Below, piece by piece: positions 53,895 through 64,000 of a stretch of DNA of 64,000 nt; the stretch's first letter is position 1, and each line of letters begins with the position of its first letter. A model generated the notes under the pieces. That model was not told where the DNA came from and did not search any database. It saw only the letters and a list, made by a program, of their open reading frames with translations. A program made the position numbers and the translations under genes. Origin of the DNA: an uncultured Acidobacteriota bacterium (GTDB lineage: Bacteria; Acidobacteriota; Blastocatellia; RBC074); assembly GCA_963796275.1 (NCBI GenBank), contig CAWCKY010000006.1, forward strand, positions 704,001 through 768,000, written 5' to 3'.

Positions 53895-54671
53895 ATGCTC
53901 GCATTGGCCAACATCAATTTCGGTGATCTTACACGTGTCTGGCAGCGGAACTACGATGTCTTCATTCGTCTCTGGCGGACCGAAGTGATCGCGCCGCTGT
54001 TCGAACCGGTCTTTTCCGTGATTGGTTTCGGCTGGGGGGTAGGTTCGCTCGTCGCGGGGAAGGTGATGGGCATGCCTTATTTGACCTTCGTCGGCGCAGG
54101 ATTGCTGGCCTTCACGGCATTGCTGAGAGCTTTATTCGAATGCACCTACGGCTCATATTTTCGTATGGTCTATCAATCGACATTCGATGCCGTATTGTGT
54201 ACACCGGTCGAGGTGGAAAGCCTGGCTATGGGCGAGATCGTTTCGGGCGCGTCGAAAGCCCTGTTTAGCGGCTTATTCGTGTTAGTGGTGCTGATAGCTG
54301 TCGGCGCAGTTCAATCGCCTTATGGGATCTTGATTCCCATTATTTTGGGAATCGGCGCTTTGTGGGTCGCGGCCTTATCTCTGCTCGTAACCTCGAGAAT
54401 TCGCGACATCGATTACTTCAATTTCTACATGGCCTTCTTCTTTTCCTATCTCTGGATCTCCGGCGCCTACTTTCCGCTCGAGAGTCTGCCAAAGTTCGTT
54501 CAGCTGATTGCCTGGCTGGTGCCCATGACGAGCACGGTCGACATACTTCGACGGTTGATGATCGGGAACATCGAATGGCCGATACTCTTCGAATTGCTCT
54601 ACGTTATTTTGGCTTTTCTGGTGACAGCCGAATTCGCCTTACGGAGTCTGCGAAGGCGGTTGGTCAGTTGA
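53895..54671 (+). CDS. ABC-2 permease (NodJ-like)
   Basis: VWQRN, EP, YLTFVGAGL, TFDAVL.TP, SGAYFPLESLP. Confidence 0.92.
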   Translation: MLALANINFGDLTRVWQRNYDVFIRLWRTEVIAPLFEPVFSVIGFGWGVGSLVAGKVMGMPYLTFVGAGLLAFTALLRALFECTYGSYFRMVYQSTFDAVLCTPVEVESLAMGEIVSGASKALFSGLFVLVVLIAVGAVQSPYGILIPIILGIGALWVAALSLLVTSRIRDIDYFNFYMAFFFSYLWISGAYFPLESLPKFVQLIAWLVPMTSTVDILRRLMIGNIEWPILFELLYVILAFLVTAEFALRSLRRRLVS

Positions 54672-54705
54672 ATGCTCGAGATACCAAGCCAGTGCAGAAC
54701 ATTGT

Positions 54706-54778
54706 TCATTTTAGATTTTAGATTGGTTGAACGGCATTTCTTCAATGACAAATCTAAAAATCTAGAATCTAAAATGAA
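54706..54778. repeat. Inverted heptamer module (TTTTAGA)n/(TCTAAAA)n overlapping TPR gene end
   Basis: ttcattttagattttagatt ... aatctaaaaatctagaatctaaaatgaa. Confidence 0.8.
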
Positions 54779-55701
54779 TAATGCCCGGGCTCTTTTCCCT
54801 GATACTTTGGATACGCTGCTCGAGTTCTTCCCGCACCGTGGGATCGATTTTTGTCGAGGTATTGAAATCTCGCTCGGCCATATCATGCTTGCCGAGCCTT
54901 AAATATGTCAGGCCACGGTTCCCATAAGCTAAAGCCATTTTCGGGTCAAGCTCGATTGCACGGTTGAATTCGACGATTGCGGGTTCCAACTCATTTTTGT
55001 CGAAATAGATCAATCCGACACCGTAATAGCCGGATGCCGTTCGAGGTTCGAGCGCGATAACTCTTTTGAAGTCGCTTATGGCGCCTTCGTGCTCTCCCAT
55101 CTTTCGCCGCGCCAGCCCACGATTGTAATAGGTTATTGCAAGGCTCGGTTCGATTTTGATGGCCTGATCGAAATCGGCCACGGCTCGATCGAATTTCCGC
55201 ACTTCCATGTAATAACTGCCGCGATTGTTAAACGCATCCACAAATTGCGAGTTTAGCGCTATTGCGCGGTCGAAATCATTCTTCGCAGTGTCCGCGTCTT
55301 TCAACCTGAGCCGGGATATGCCGCGATAGTTGTACGCTTCGGCCAGTCGCGGGTTGATCTTTAGTGCGGCCGTGCAATCTTCGATGGCGGCTTCAAAATC
55401 TTGCTGTAAATAATGGAGCAATCCGCGAAATGCATAAGCCGCGGAAGTGAAAGGATCGATGACCTTGATCTCTTCGCTACTCGGTGCGAGCGGATTGACG
55501 CCCGGTTTTTTCGTATTCCATGGTTGTGAGCTTAGACCGATCGCCCTGGTCAGATCGGAGGTCGCTCCATCGAGATCGCCCTTAAGATAGCGTTCATGTG
55601 CGCGACCGAAATATTCCGGGGCGGTACGCCGGGATCTGCGCTTCAATGTGAATGGCGAGGCTGAGGATAAGTAGAATCGTAAGGATAATGATTCTCCGCA
55701 T
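54762..55701 (-). CDS. Secreted TPR-repeat protein, apparent 1-nt insertion near 55629
   Basis: GGAG + ATG 55701 gives MRRIIILTILLILSLAIHIEAQIP (signal peptide), one base out of frame with the TPR body (AY.NRG repeats). Confidence 0.85.
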
Positions 55702-56006
55702 AATGCTTCTCCGTTGCTACTCATATCTACTTATTTTTACGTTAGAACGTTCACAATATTTGTAGTAAAGATGCGCGGAATGGGCCGGCCGAGACAACAT
55801 TTTTTCGCTCAGATCAAAAATTCGCGATTAATTATTATGGCGTGGATGTGTTTGTTCGGTTATGAGATAGAACGATCACAAAAGCGGGCAGTCGTTTTGC
55901 GATTTTGAAGCAACGAGCGCTGCGATCAAGACGAGAGTATCTGAAATCACAATTTGTCTACACACTCACAGCACCGACAGTCGAAACATACAAGTAGATG
56001 AATAAA

Positions 56007-57720
56007 TTATTCTTGCGCGCGTTCGATCAGTGGATTTCCCCCGTCTTTCTCCTCGGTCCCGTCTTTCCCGCCCAGCCAATTCACCTTAATTGAGGGTCTT
56101 CCGGTCACTTCCGGCGATTCCCGCCGCCCAATCAGATCTTGCCGGCCGAAGGCCAGATTTATCGCTTCCGTCAGACCGGCGTGAAAGAAAAATACCCCGC
56201 GGATGGTACCCGGCAAACCTCGAAAAACGAATTCGGCTCCGGGAGGCGGGGATGGTTCCAGTTGTTTCAACTCCATCAGGAATCTATGGGTATGCTCGCT
56301 GGTCCATTGCCATGCGCGCAGGTTATGGAACAGACCAAGGCTGAAGAGCAGGACTAAAAACAACTTGGCGCCCTCTCGTATCCTGGCATTGTCGATCCCG
56401 GCAAGTAACAGGGCGATGAAGATAGCCGCGCCAACGGAACTCAGATAGAGGACTCGTGAATTGGTCAGGCCCGAGTCTACTAAAAGCATGAAATGAACCG
56501 GGAGAGCGGCAAGTGCGATCCAGGATAGGCTGAACCAGATCACTCTCTGACCCCCCTGATTCGACGTCTTTGGCTTTCCTCCCAGTGCAACCATCAGGAG
56601 AACAGCGGCCGTCAGCGAAGCCAGAATGATAGGGACGGCGGACTGTGGCTGAAGCCAGTTGTAACCGAGTATCAGTTGAGCGGGGGCCCGAACGAACAAG
56701 CCTTCAAATGTCCCGAGACCGATGCCTAAGGCCGCAGATTGCCCATTCGAATCCTGATATCCACCGATTCCTCCCAGTACAGCCAACCGATAGCCGAAGA
56801 CCATAGCCGTGAGCACGAAAAACCCGATCGCCGGTTTGATTCGCCGATCCGGCAACACGAAGAGTTCGAGTGGAATCAGCAGTAACGGAAGCGCATATGC
56901 GCTCTCTTTGGAGAGCAGCGCGAGCGTGAAGAGGGCTAACGCGCCGAGATAAAATGCGATACGCCTGGACTTCCGAAATTTTATGTAGAGAACGATCGCC
57001 CATATCGTTAGCGGCGTGGCCAGCAGGTCGAATCTGGCCGCTATCCAAACCACGGATTCCGGATGGATCGGGAGGATAGAGAAGATGAGCGAGGCCGTGG
57101 CGGATGTTTCCAGATCGAGTCCCAGATTCTTACAAAAGAAATAGATACCCGAGGACAGCCGAAAGGTGAAGCAGGAGATTCACCATATGATATGCGGGCG
57201 GCCAGTGATGCCAGAGGCGGTAATCGAAAAATAGACTGGCAAATCCGAGCGGGCGTAGGAAGAGCCCATCCTGCCCCTGAGTCAGCAGACCCCATACGGT
57301 ATCCAGAAGAGGCCGGCGGGCGACGAACAGATGAGCGAAATCATCGCTCACAAAATAGAACGAAAGGGCAATAGCATAAATGGCGCCGCAGATAGCAGGC
57401 GCAATCAGCAACTCATACCGAGTGCACCATGCTCCAGGTCGCTCCGGTTGAGTCGATCTGTCGGCTCGCCCGTAACGCACGATTACAACCAGGAAGAACA
57501 GGGAAGAAACTATTTGAATGACATTCAGACGTGCTTTGGGGGTTTGTGCGAGAAAGAACAGGGACGTGCAAATTACTGAAGCTAATCCGGCAATCCCGAT
57601 CGAAAATTTCCCTACACTTCCTCTCCACCATGATGTAGATAGTCGATGTGAATAAACGTAGTTTGGCAATGGGAATATCCAAAATTATAACCAGCATAAG
57701 TATATGAAAATCAGGCCGGC
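56007..57720 (-). pseudogene. GT-C/TMTC-like integral membrane glycosyltransferase, disrupted
   Basis: SDDF, RPLG, YH.VNLLLH, then an extra G near 57149 before HPESVVWIAARFD; in-frame TAA near 57687 and no clear 5' end. Confidence 0.75.
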
Positions 57721-57830
57721 TCAATATACCTCAATCGATCACCTTCAGCCAGCTTGGAGTGAGTACTCCCGTTTGGGATTCCCCATCGGGCGGCGCTACT
57801 CCGACCGACCGATGGCCCCGGAGCATTCGA

Positions 57831-58005
57831 TCATTCGTGCCTTATAGCGTCTACCGGATCTACTTTGGTTGCGCGGCAGGCGGGAATGAAGCAGGCCACT
57901 GCGGAGACCACGCCGAGCAGTATAGCCACGCCCAGATATGAGATGGTGTCGGCAGCGGTCACATCGAACAATTCCAACTGACTGCTCATCAGGCGCGCCA
58001 CGCTG
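57831..58005 (-). pseudogene. 3' remnant of MacB/FtsX-type ABC permease
   Basis: LFDVTAAD...VSAVACFIPA.RATKVDP..AIRHE C-terminal signature only. Confidence 0.8.
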
Positions 58006-58022
58006 GGATAGATACCGATAGT

Positions 58023-58214
58023 CCTGAGCTTCAACATCGCCTGAATTACAAAACTCATCTCCGCCATTTACAAAAATTCCTGGTGGGAGAAGCGAAAGAG
58101 CTATCAGATGAGAAACAGGATATCGCCAAACTTCTTGGAATCAGCCGCCAAACCCTGTTTCAGTGGGAGAATGAGTGGGAAAGTGAAAACAAAAAGAGTG
58201 AGGATGAATCTTGA
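58023..58214 (+). pseudogene. 3' remnant of Fis-type HTH regulator
   Basis: Manual translation PELQHRLNYK...DIAKLLGISRQTLFQWENEW...*; no start codon. Confidence 0.65.
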
Positions 58215-58276
58215 ACTTATCGGGTTTTGATGTTGTAGTGTATGACAAGTTCATATTCGATTTTGCTGACCCAGGC

Positions 58277-58551
58277 CGGATTTTGTGGGTTAGGCATCTG
58301 GGAAGCGCCAGCGGCGCGGAATATTTATAGTTTTAGCAAGAAATAGCTCTCAATCTCCGCGAGGAGCGGCATCTGTGCGTGCATGCGCCGCTCGTCGAAG
58401 CTGAGACAACTTTCTATAAACGAGCATCTATAGACATTAGACATTCCCCCTGCTGGGCGATGGCATTGAATTAAGGCCACCAATAAACCCTTCCGGGGTG
58501 GTAGGCCTTAATTCAAAGCGATTACCCGCCGGAGCATAGCTACAAAATCCG
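58277..58551. repeat. Composite REP/MITE-like region (family A copy plus a 13-bp-stem hairpin)
   Basis: agcgccagcggcgcggaatatttatag...gaggagcggcat...gccgctc...ctataaac resembles 3303-3454; ttgaattaaggcc (58466)/ggccttaattcaa (58504). Confidence 0.7.
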
Positions 58552-58599
58552 TGGGATAGCGGTCTTCAAATTTTTCTCAACTCATCATAGGAGGCGCCT

Positions 58600-60231
<1,632 letters not shown>

Positions 60232-60241
60232 AAATCCCCAA

Positions 60242-60912
60242 TCATTTTACATTTGTCATTTTAGATTTGTAATTTTACATTGGAAGAACGTACCAGAAAT
60301 TATCTTTTATTGGGCGAGCTGTCTTTAGAGAAGAAATCGAAGCAGGAGGCACCGGATCTCACGATCTGGGCAATATGAAGTGAGAATGCAACTCATTTTA
60401 CATTTGTCATTTTAGATTTGTAATTTTACATTGGAAGAACGCACCAGAAATTATCTTTTATTGGCACGAGCTGTCTTTAGAGAAGAGATAAATATTCGGC
60501 AGAGTTCTCTATTCTCTTCAAGTATACTTTTCAGCAATTTTTCATTGATCATATGGCTGCGCTCGATAATGCGAAGCCAGATAAATGTTTCATTTAACTC
60601 CTTCAGAACAATTCCGAGCTTATGGATAAAGTCGGAGTGACTTTCAGCGCCTCTCGCTTCCCCATAATTCGAAGCAGGAGAGGTACCCGATCTCACTATC
60701 TGCCCGGCAATGTGTTTTCCTGCAATTGTTTTGGGTAGACTGGCTGAAAGTTTTAGAGTGCGGACAGCGAAATTGATTAGCCGCTCTTCGAGAGCGTCGG
60801 CTTTGGTCATTCGTTCAATTTCCATTTTCTATAACTGTGGTAGGTGATAATGGGCTGGGTGGCATATTCTTCAATCTCAAATGATATATTACAAATGTAA
60901 AATGATAAATGT
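60242..60912 (-). mobile_element. Putative heptamer-repeat-flanked four-helix-bundle cassette plus tandem deleted copy
   Basis: Left arms (tcatttt acatttg tcatttt agatttg taatttt) at 60242 and 60393; inverted right arm acaaatgtaaaatga at 60891; mobility is inferred. Confidence 0.55.
60451..60825 (-). CDS. Four helix bundle protein (23S rRNA IVS protein/Avd-like fold family)
   Basis: LEERLINFA, QIVRSGTS...NYGEA..AES..DFIHKLGIVLKELNET..WL; start may be ATG 60810. Confidence 0.93.
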   Translation of the reverse strand: MEIERMTKADALEERLINFAVRTLKLSASLPKTIAGKHIAGQIVRSGTSPASNYGEARGAESHSDFIHKLGIVLKELNETFIWLRIIERSHMINEKLLKSILEENRELCRIFISSLKTARANKR

Positions 60913-62890
60913 TTCTGTTTTTAGCCTACTTCTCGCCGTTTCGATAACAACGGTGGCGCAGACAGCGGAGCGTGATATTGCAGAGTGGGTGATCCGCCAG
61001 GGCGGTGGTGTGATTCTCGCTGGCGACCGCGGGTCCATTCGAGATGTCGAGCAGCTGCCCGCCGGCGAAGTACGTATCACCGGCATCGACTTGGTTGGGA
61101 CGCTGATGGTGCCCGAGGATCTGGGAAAGATCGGCGGGCTCACCAATCTGAAGGAGCTTTACCTGCCGGGGCCCATATGGAATCCGGGAGCGGGCAGCCG
61201 CCTCGATGCAAACGAGCAATTGAAGCTCCTGGCCGGGTTGAAAAACCTCGAAAAGCTTCACTTCAGCCTTCATTTCCTGACCAACGTCAATGTGCAGGAT
61301 AAAGGGTTGGCTCACCTCACCGTGTTGGCGCAATTGCGAGAGCTGCGTTGCGCGCAATGCCGGATATCGAAGCTCAGCCTGGCGCCGCTGGCGAAATTGG
61401 AGTCGCTCGATCTTAGCCTCACCCCATTCACCGACGAGGGGATGAGGGGGCTGGGAGAATTGAAGGAGTTGCGGCGGCTCAACCTGCGCGACACGCTGGT
61501 GACTGACGATGGACTCAAGTACCTGAGCGGCCTCACGAAGCTGGAAGAGCTGGATCTCGGCGGACTGAAGCTCACTGATGCGGGATTGGCGCATCTGGCA
61601 GGTCTAACCGCGATGCGAAAGCTGAATCTGCTCAGCGCGGTGATCACGGATGTATCGGCGAATGCGTTGGCGGGTATGGTGCATTTGCGAGAGCTGAACC
61701 TTTATCGAAGCCGGCTCACGAATGCGGGCCTGGCGAAGCTCGGAACCCTGAAGGAGCTGACTAGCCTTGATCTGCGCTACAGCCGGGTGACCGGCACCGG
61801 GGTAGACACATTTCGATCTGCAGTACCGAACTGCAAGGTCAATTTCGTGAACTCGCGCATGGCCACGACGAGGAGCGCGGCGACGGACCGCCCAACGGGC
61901 ACAAGCGAAGCGGCCATTGCTGCCTGGGTGAAGTCCCTCGGAGGAAGCGTTGAGCTTTCCGGCGGACAATTGCGGGCTGTTTCTCTGTCAACGACTGGCA
62001 TCAGCGATGCCGATCTCTCATATCTCGGATCAGCCCCCAGGCTCGAGAAACTCGATCTCGAAGCGACGGAGATCGGCGATCTGGGGTTGAATGCGCTCAA
62101 GGGGCTGGCTGGCCTGAAAGTATTGAACCTCAGCAACACGACAGTATCCGACAACGGGCTGGAGAGCCTGGCCAGTCTCCAGCTGCTTCAAGAGCTGCGG
62201 CTAGCAGGCACTCTCGTTCGCGGACCCGGATTGGCCAACCTGAAGGGACTGTCCGCGCTCGTCAAGATAGATCTCACGGGAGCGCCCATCGGAAACGAAG
62301 GACTTAGGCAGATCGCCGAGATCTCAAACATCGAGCATTTAATGCTGAGTTCGACTGATATAAGCAATGACGGTTTGAAGCATCTCAGCAAGCTCGCGCA
62401 CCTAGAGACACTCGACCTGGATAGCACGGACACGAGCAACGAGGGATTGCAGTATCTGGGAGCGATTACAGGATTGAAGGAGCTTTCGCTCAACTTTGTA
62501 AGGGTTACCGACAAGGGGCTCGATCATCTGCGGCCGCTCGCAAACCTGGAACGGCTGGAACTGTTTCGCACCCGCACGAGCGGCGCCGGGGCAGCAGTCA
62601 TCGCATCGCTCAAGAATCTCACCAGTATTAATCTGGACTACACTTCGGTAAACGATCAGGCCCTGGAACTGCTTAAGGCTCTTCCTCGCCTGCAGGAATT
62701 GCGGCTTGATTCAACCGACATTACGGACGCCGGTGTCGCGGCTCTGCAGTCGATGAAGAATCTCAAGTCGCTCAATCTCTACCACACTATGATTTCGGAA
62801 AAGGGATACGAGCAGTTGAAAGCCGCTCTGCCTGCCTGCCGGATCATATTCGACCGCGATTCGTCGCAGTCGAACCGTAGAAAGAGTTAG
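60881..62890 (+). CDS. Secreted leucine-rich repeat protein (two LRR blocks)
   Basis: 24-aa L..L.L..T.VTD.GL..L repeats; two W....GG caps; signal-like N-terminus (start may be 60902). Confidence 0.9.
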   Translation: MIYYKCKMINVSVFSLLLAVSITTVAQTAERDIAEWVIRQGGGVILAGDRGSIRDVEQLPAGEVRITGIDLVGTLMVPEDLGKIGGLTNLKELYLPGPIWNPGAGSRLDANEQLKLLAGLKNLEKLHFSLHFLTNVNVQDKGLAHLTVLAQLRELRCAQCRISKLSLAPLAKLESLDLSLTPFTDEGMRGLGELKELRRLNLRDTLVTDDGLKYLSGLTKLEELDLGGLKLTDAGLAHLAGLTAMRKLNLLSAVITDVSANALAGMVHLRELNLYRSRLTNAGLAKLGTLKELTSLDLRYSRVTGTGVDTFRSAVPNCKVNFVNSRMATTRSAATDRPTGTSEAAIAAWVKSLGGSVELSGGQLRAVSLSTTGISDADLSYLGSAPRLEKLDLEATEIGDLGLNALKGLAGLKVLNLSNTTVSDNGLESLASLQLLQELRLAGTLVRGPGLANLKGLSALVKIDLTGAPIGNEGLRQIAEISNIEHLMLSSTDISNDGLKHLSKLAHLETLDLDSTDTSNEGLQYLGAITGLKELSLNFVRVTDKGLDHLRPLANLERLELFRTRTSGAGAAVIASLKNLTSINLDYTSVNDQALELLKALPRLQELRLDSTDITDAGVAALQSMKNLKSLNLYHTMISEKGYEQLKAALPACRIIFDRDSSQSNRRKS

Positions 62891-63864
62891 TGATGGTCGC
62901 CATGAAACTGGTAAATAAGACAAAAAGTTTTGGCATCTTTTGCTATTTTTTGGCCGTGTTGCCCCTTTTGACAATGTTTCCCATTTTGCCGCGTTCGCTT
63001 CCATCGACATTTAAACAAAACACTCACAAGAGCACGGACTGGGTCACTGAAGCGGGGGGCACGGTCACGCGTGACCGGATGGGACGCATCACCGGCGTAG
63101 ATCTGCGATCCAGCTGGGTTACCGATTCGGACCTGTTTCAGCTCGTCGATCTGCCTCATCTCACGCATCTCGATCTATCGTTAACGCGCATTACGGATCA
63201 TGGCATGCAGCAATTGAAGAACGCGCCGGGGATTGTGAATCTGAATCTCTACTATGCTGAGCAGATCACGGATGAAGGGCTGGCGGCGGTTAGAAGCTGG
63301 AAGAAGCTGAGGCGGCTGAATCTGCGCGGGACAAAGATCACCGACACGACGTTGGAGCACCTTGCAAATGTGACGACGCTCGAGTCCCTGGATGCCGGAT
63401 TCGCGCAGATTACCGACGTCGGATTGGATCGTCTCACCCCGCTCGTGAACCTCAAAGAGTTGGTGATTGGCGGCAACAAGCTCACGGACGCCGGTCTGCA
63501 ATCTTTGCGGCAATTTCCGGGATTGACCTCGCTGAGTCTCGGTGGATCACAGCGCACTGATTCGGGGCTGTGGTCGATCAGCCTGACCGAGTCGGGGCTG
63601 GATGCTGTCACCACGTTGAAGGAAATGCACGAGCTCAGGCTCGACGGGATGCCGGTATCGTCAAGATGGCTGGAGAAGCTGAAGTCCCTCGATAAGCTCG
63701 AGCGCCTGAGTGTGCAGGAATGCAAGCGATTGGGTGATGATGCCGCGCCGCTTCTGGCTTCCTGGCCGGCGCTGCGCATTCTGGATTTGAAGGGAACCGC
63801 CATGACGGAGAAGGGGCTGGGCGAGCTACGACGGGCGATGCCGAATGCGCGAATCTTTCATTGA
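62890..63864 (+). CDS. Leucine-rich repeat protein
   Basis: WVTEAGG cap and LRR repeats; start overlaps the previous stop; N-terminus overlaps a purine/pyrimidine repeat module. Confidence 0.9.
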   Translation: MMVAMKLVNKTKSFGIFCYFLAVLPLLTMFPILPRSLPSTFKQNTHKSTDWVTEAGGTVTRDRMGRITGVDLRSSWVTDSDLFQLVDLPHLTHLDLSLTRITDHGMQQLKNAPGIVNLNLYYAEQITDEGLAAVRSWKKLRRLNLRGTKITDTTLEHLANVTTLESLDAGFAQITDVGLDRLTPLVNLKELVIGGNKLTDAGLQSLRQFPGLTSLSLGGSQRTDSGLWSISLTESGLDAVTTLKEMHELRLDGMPVSSRWLEKLKSLDKLERLSVQECKRLGDDAAPLLASWPALRILDLKGTAMTEKGLGELRRAMPNARIFH

Positions 63865-64000
63865 TTTTTTCAGCGAATGAAATCCTCACCAGGCTCCAAC
63901 CCCTTCTGTGTAAAGAGCCGGAAATTTTGGGTTTAATCAGCCTGCGTTTCGTCACAGTCATTCCTGGCGAAGCAATTGCGACGGCTCGATCCTCAGAACG

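Noticed and set aside
60242-60825. Diversity-generating retroelement (Avd-like gene plus ~93-bp repeat pair)
   Set aside because: No reverse transcriptase in the window; differences are not adenine-specific and include deletions; the repeat is the gene's own end

Overview
Bacterial chromosomal segment with GC-rich genes. Gene content and repeat style suggest Acidobacteriota (Blastocatellia-like); this is an inference. It holds a sugar ABC/catabolic cluster, a LolA-like + MMPL/RND pair, lpxC, rpsU, purD, an alpha-2-macroglobulin cluster ending in a transpeptidase-SpoIID-zincin fusion, a sulfate assimilation region (sir, sat, tRNA-Cys, cysC, cobA, sirC-like, cysH, sbp, cysT, cysA), tkt, a P450, prolyl oligopeptidase, osmC, tex, larA, tRNA-Leu, a NodI/methyltransferase/NodJ-like trio, gene remnants, a D-aminoacylase, a four-helix-bundle gene and two LRR genes. 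Two highlights are missing from the ORF track. (1) A 48-codon leader ORF (25675-25821) ending in 7 consecutive Cys codons plus a hairpin lies upstream of the sulfate assimilation genes, which also enclose tRNA-Cys; this is a candidate Cys-sensing attenuator. (2) Many intergenic spacers are inverted 7-mer/9-mer tandem-repeat modules, and one of them carries a four-helix-bundle gene plus an internally deleted paralogous copy, suggesting a repeat-flanked mobile cassette. Four genes carry small frameshifts in short repeats, which may be assembly errors. No CRISPR array, rRNA or intact transposase was seen.
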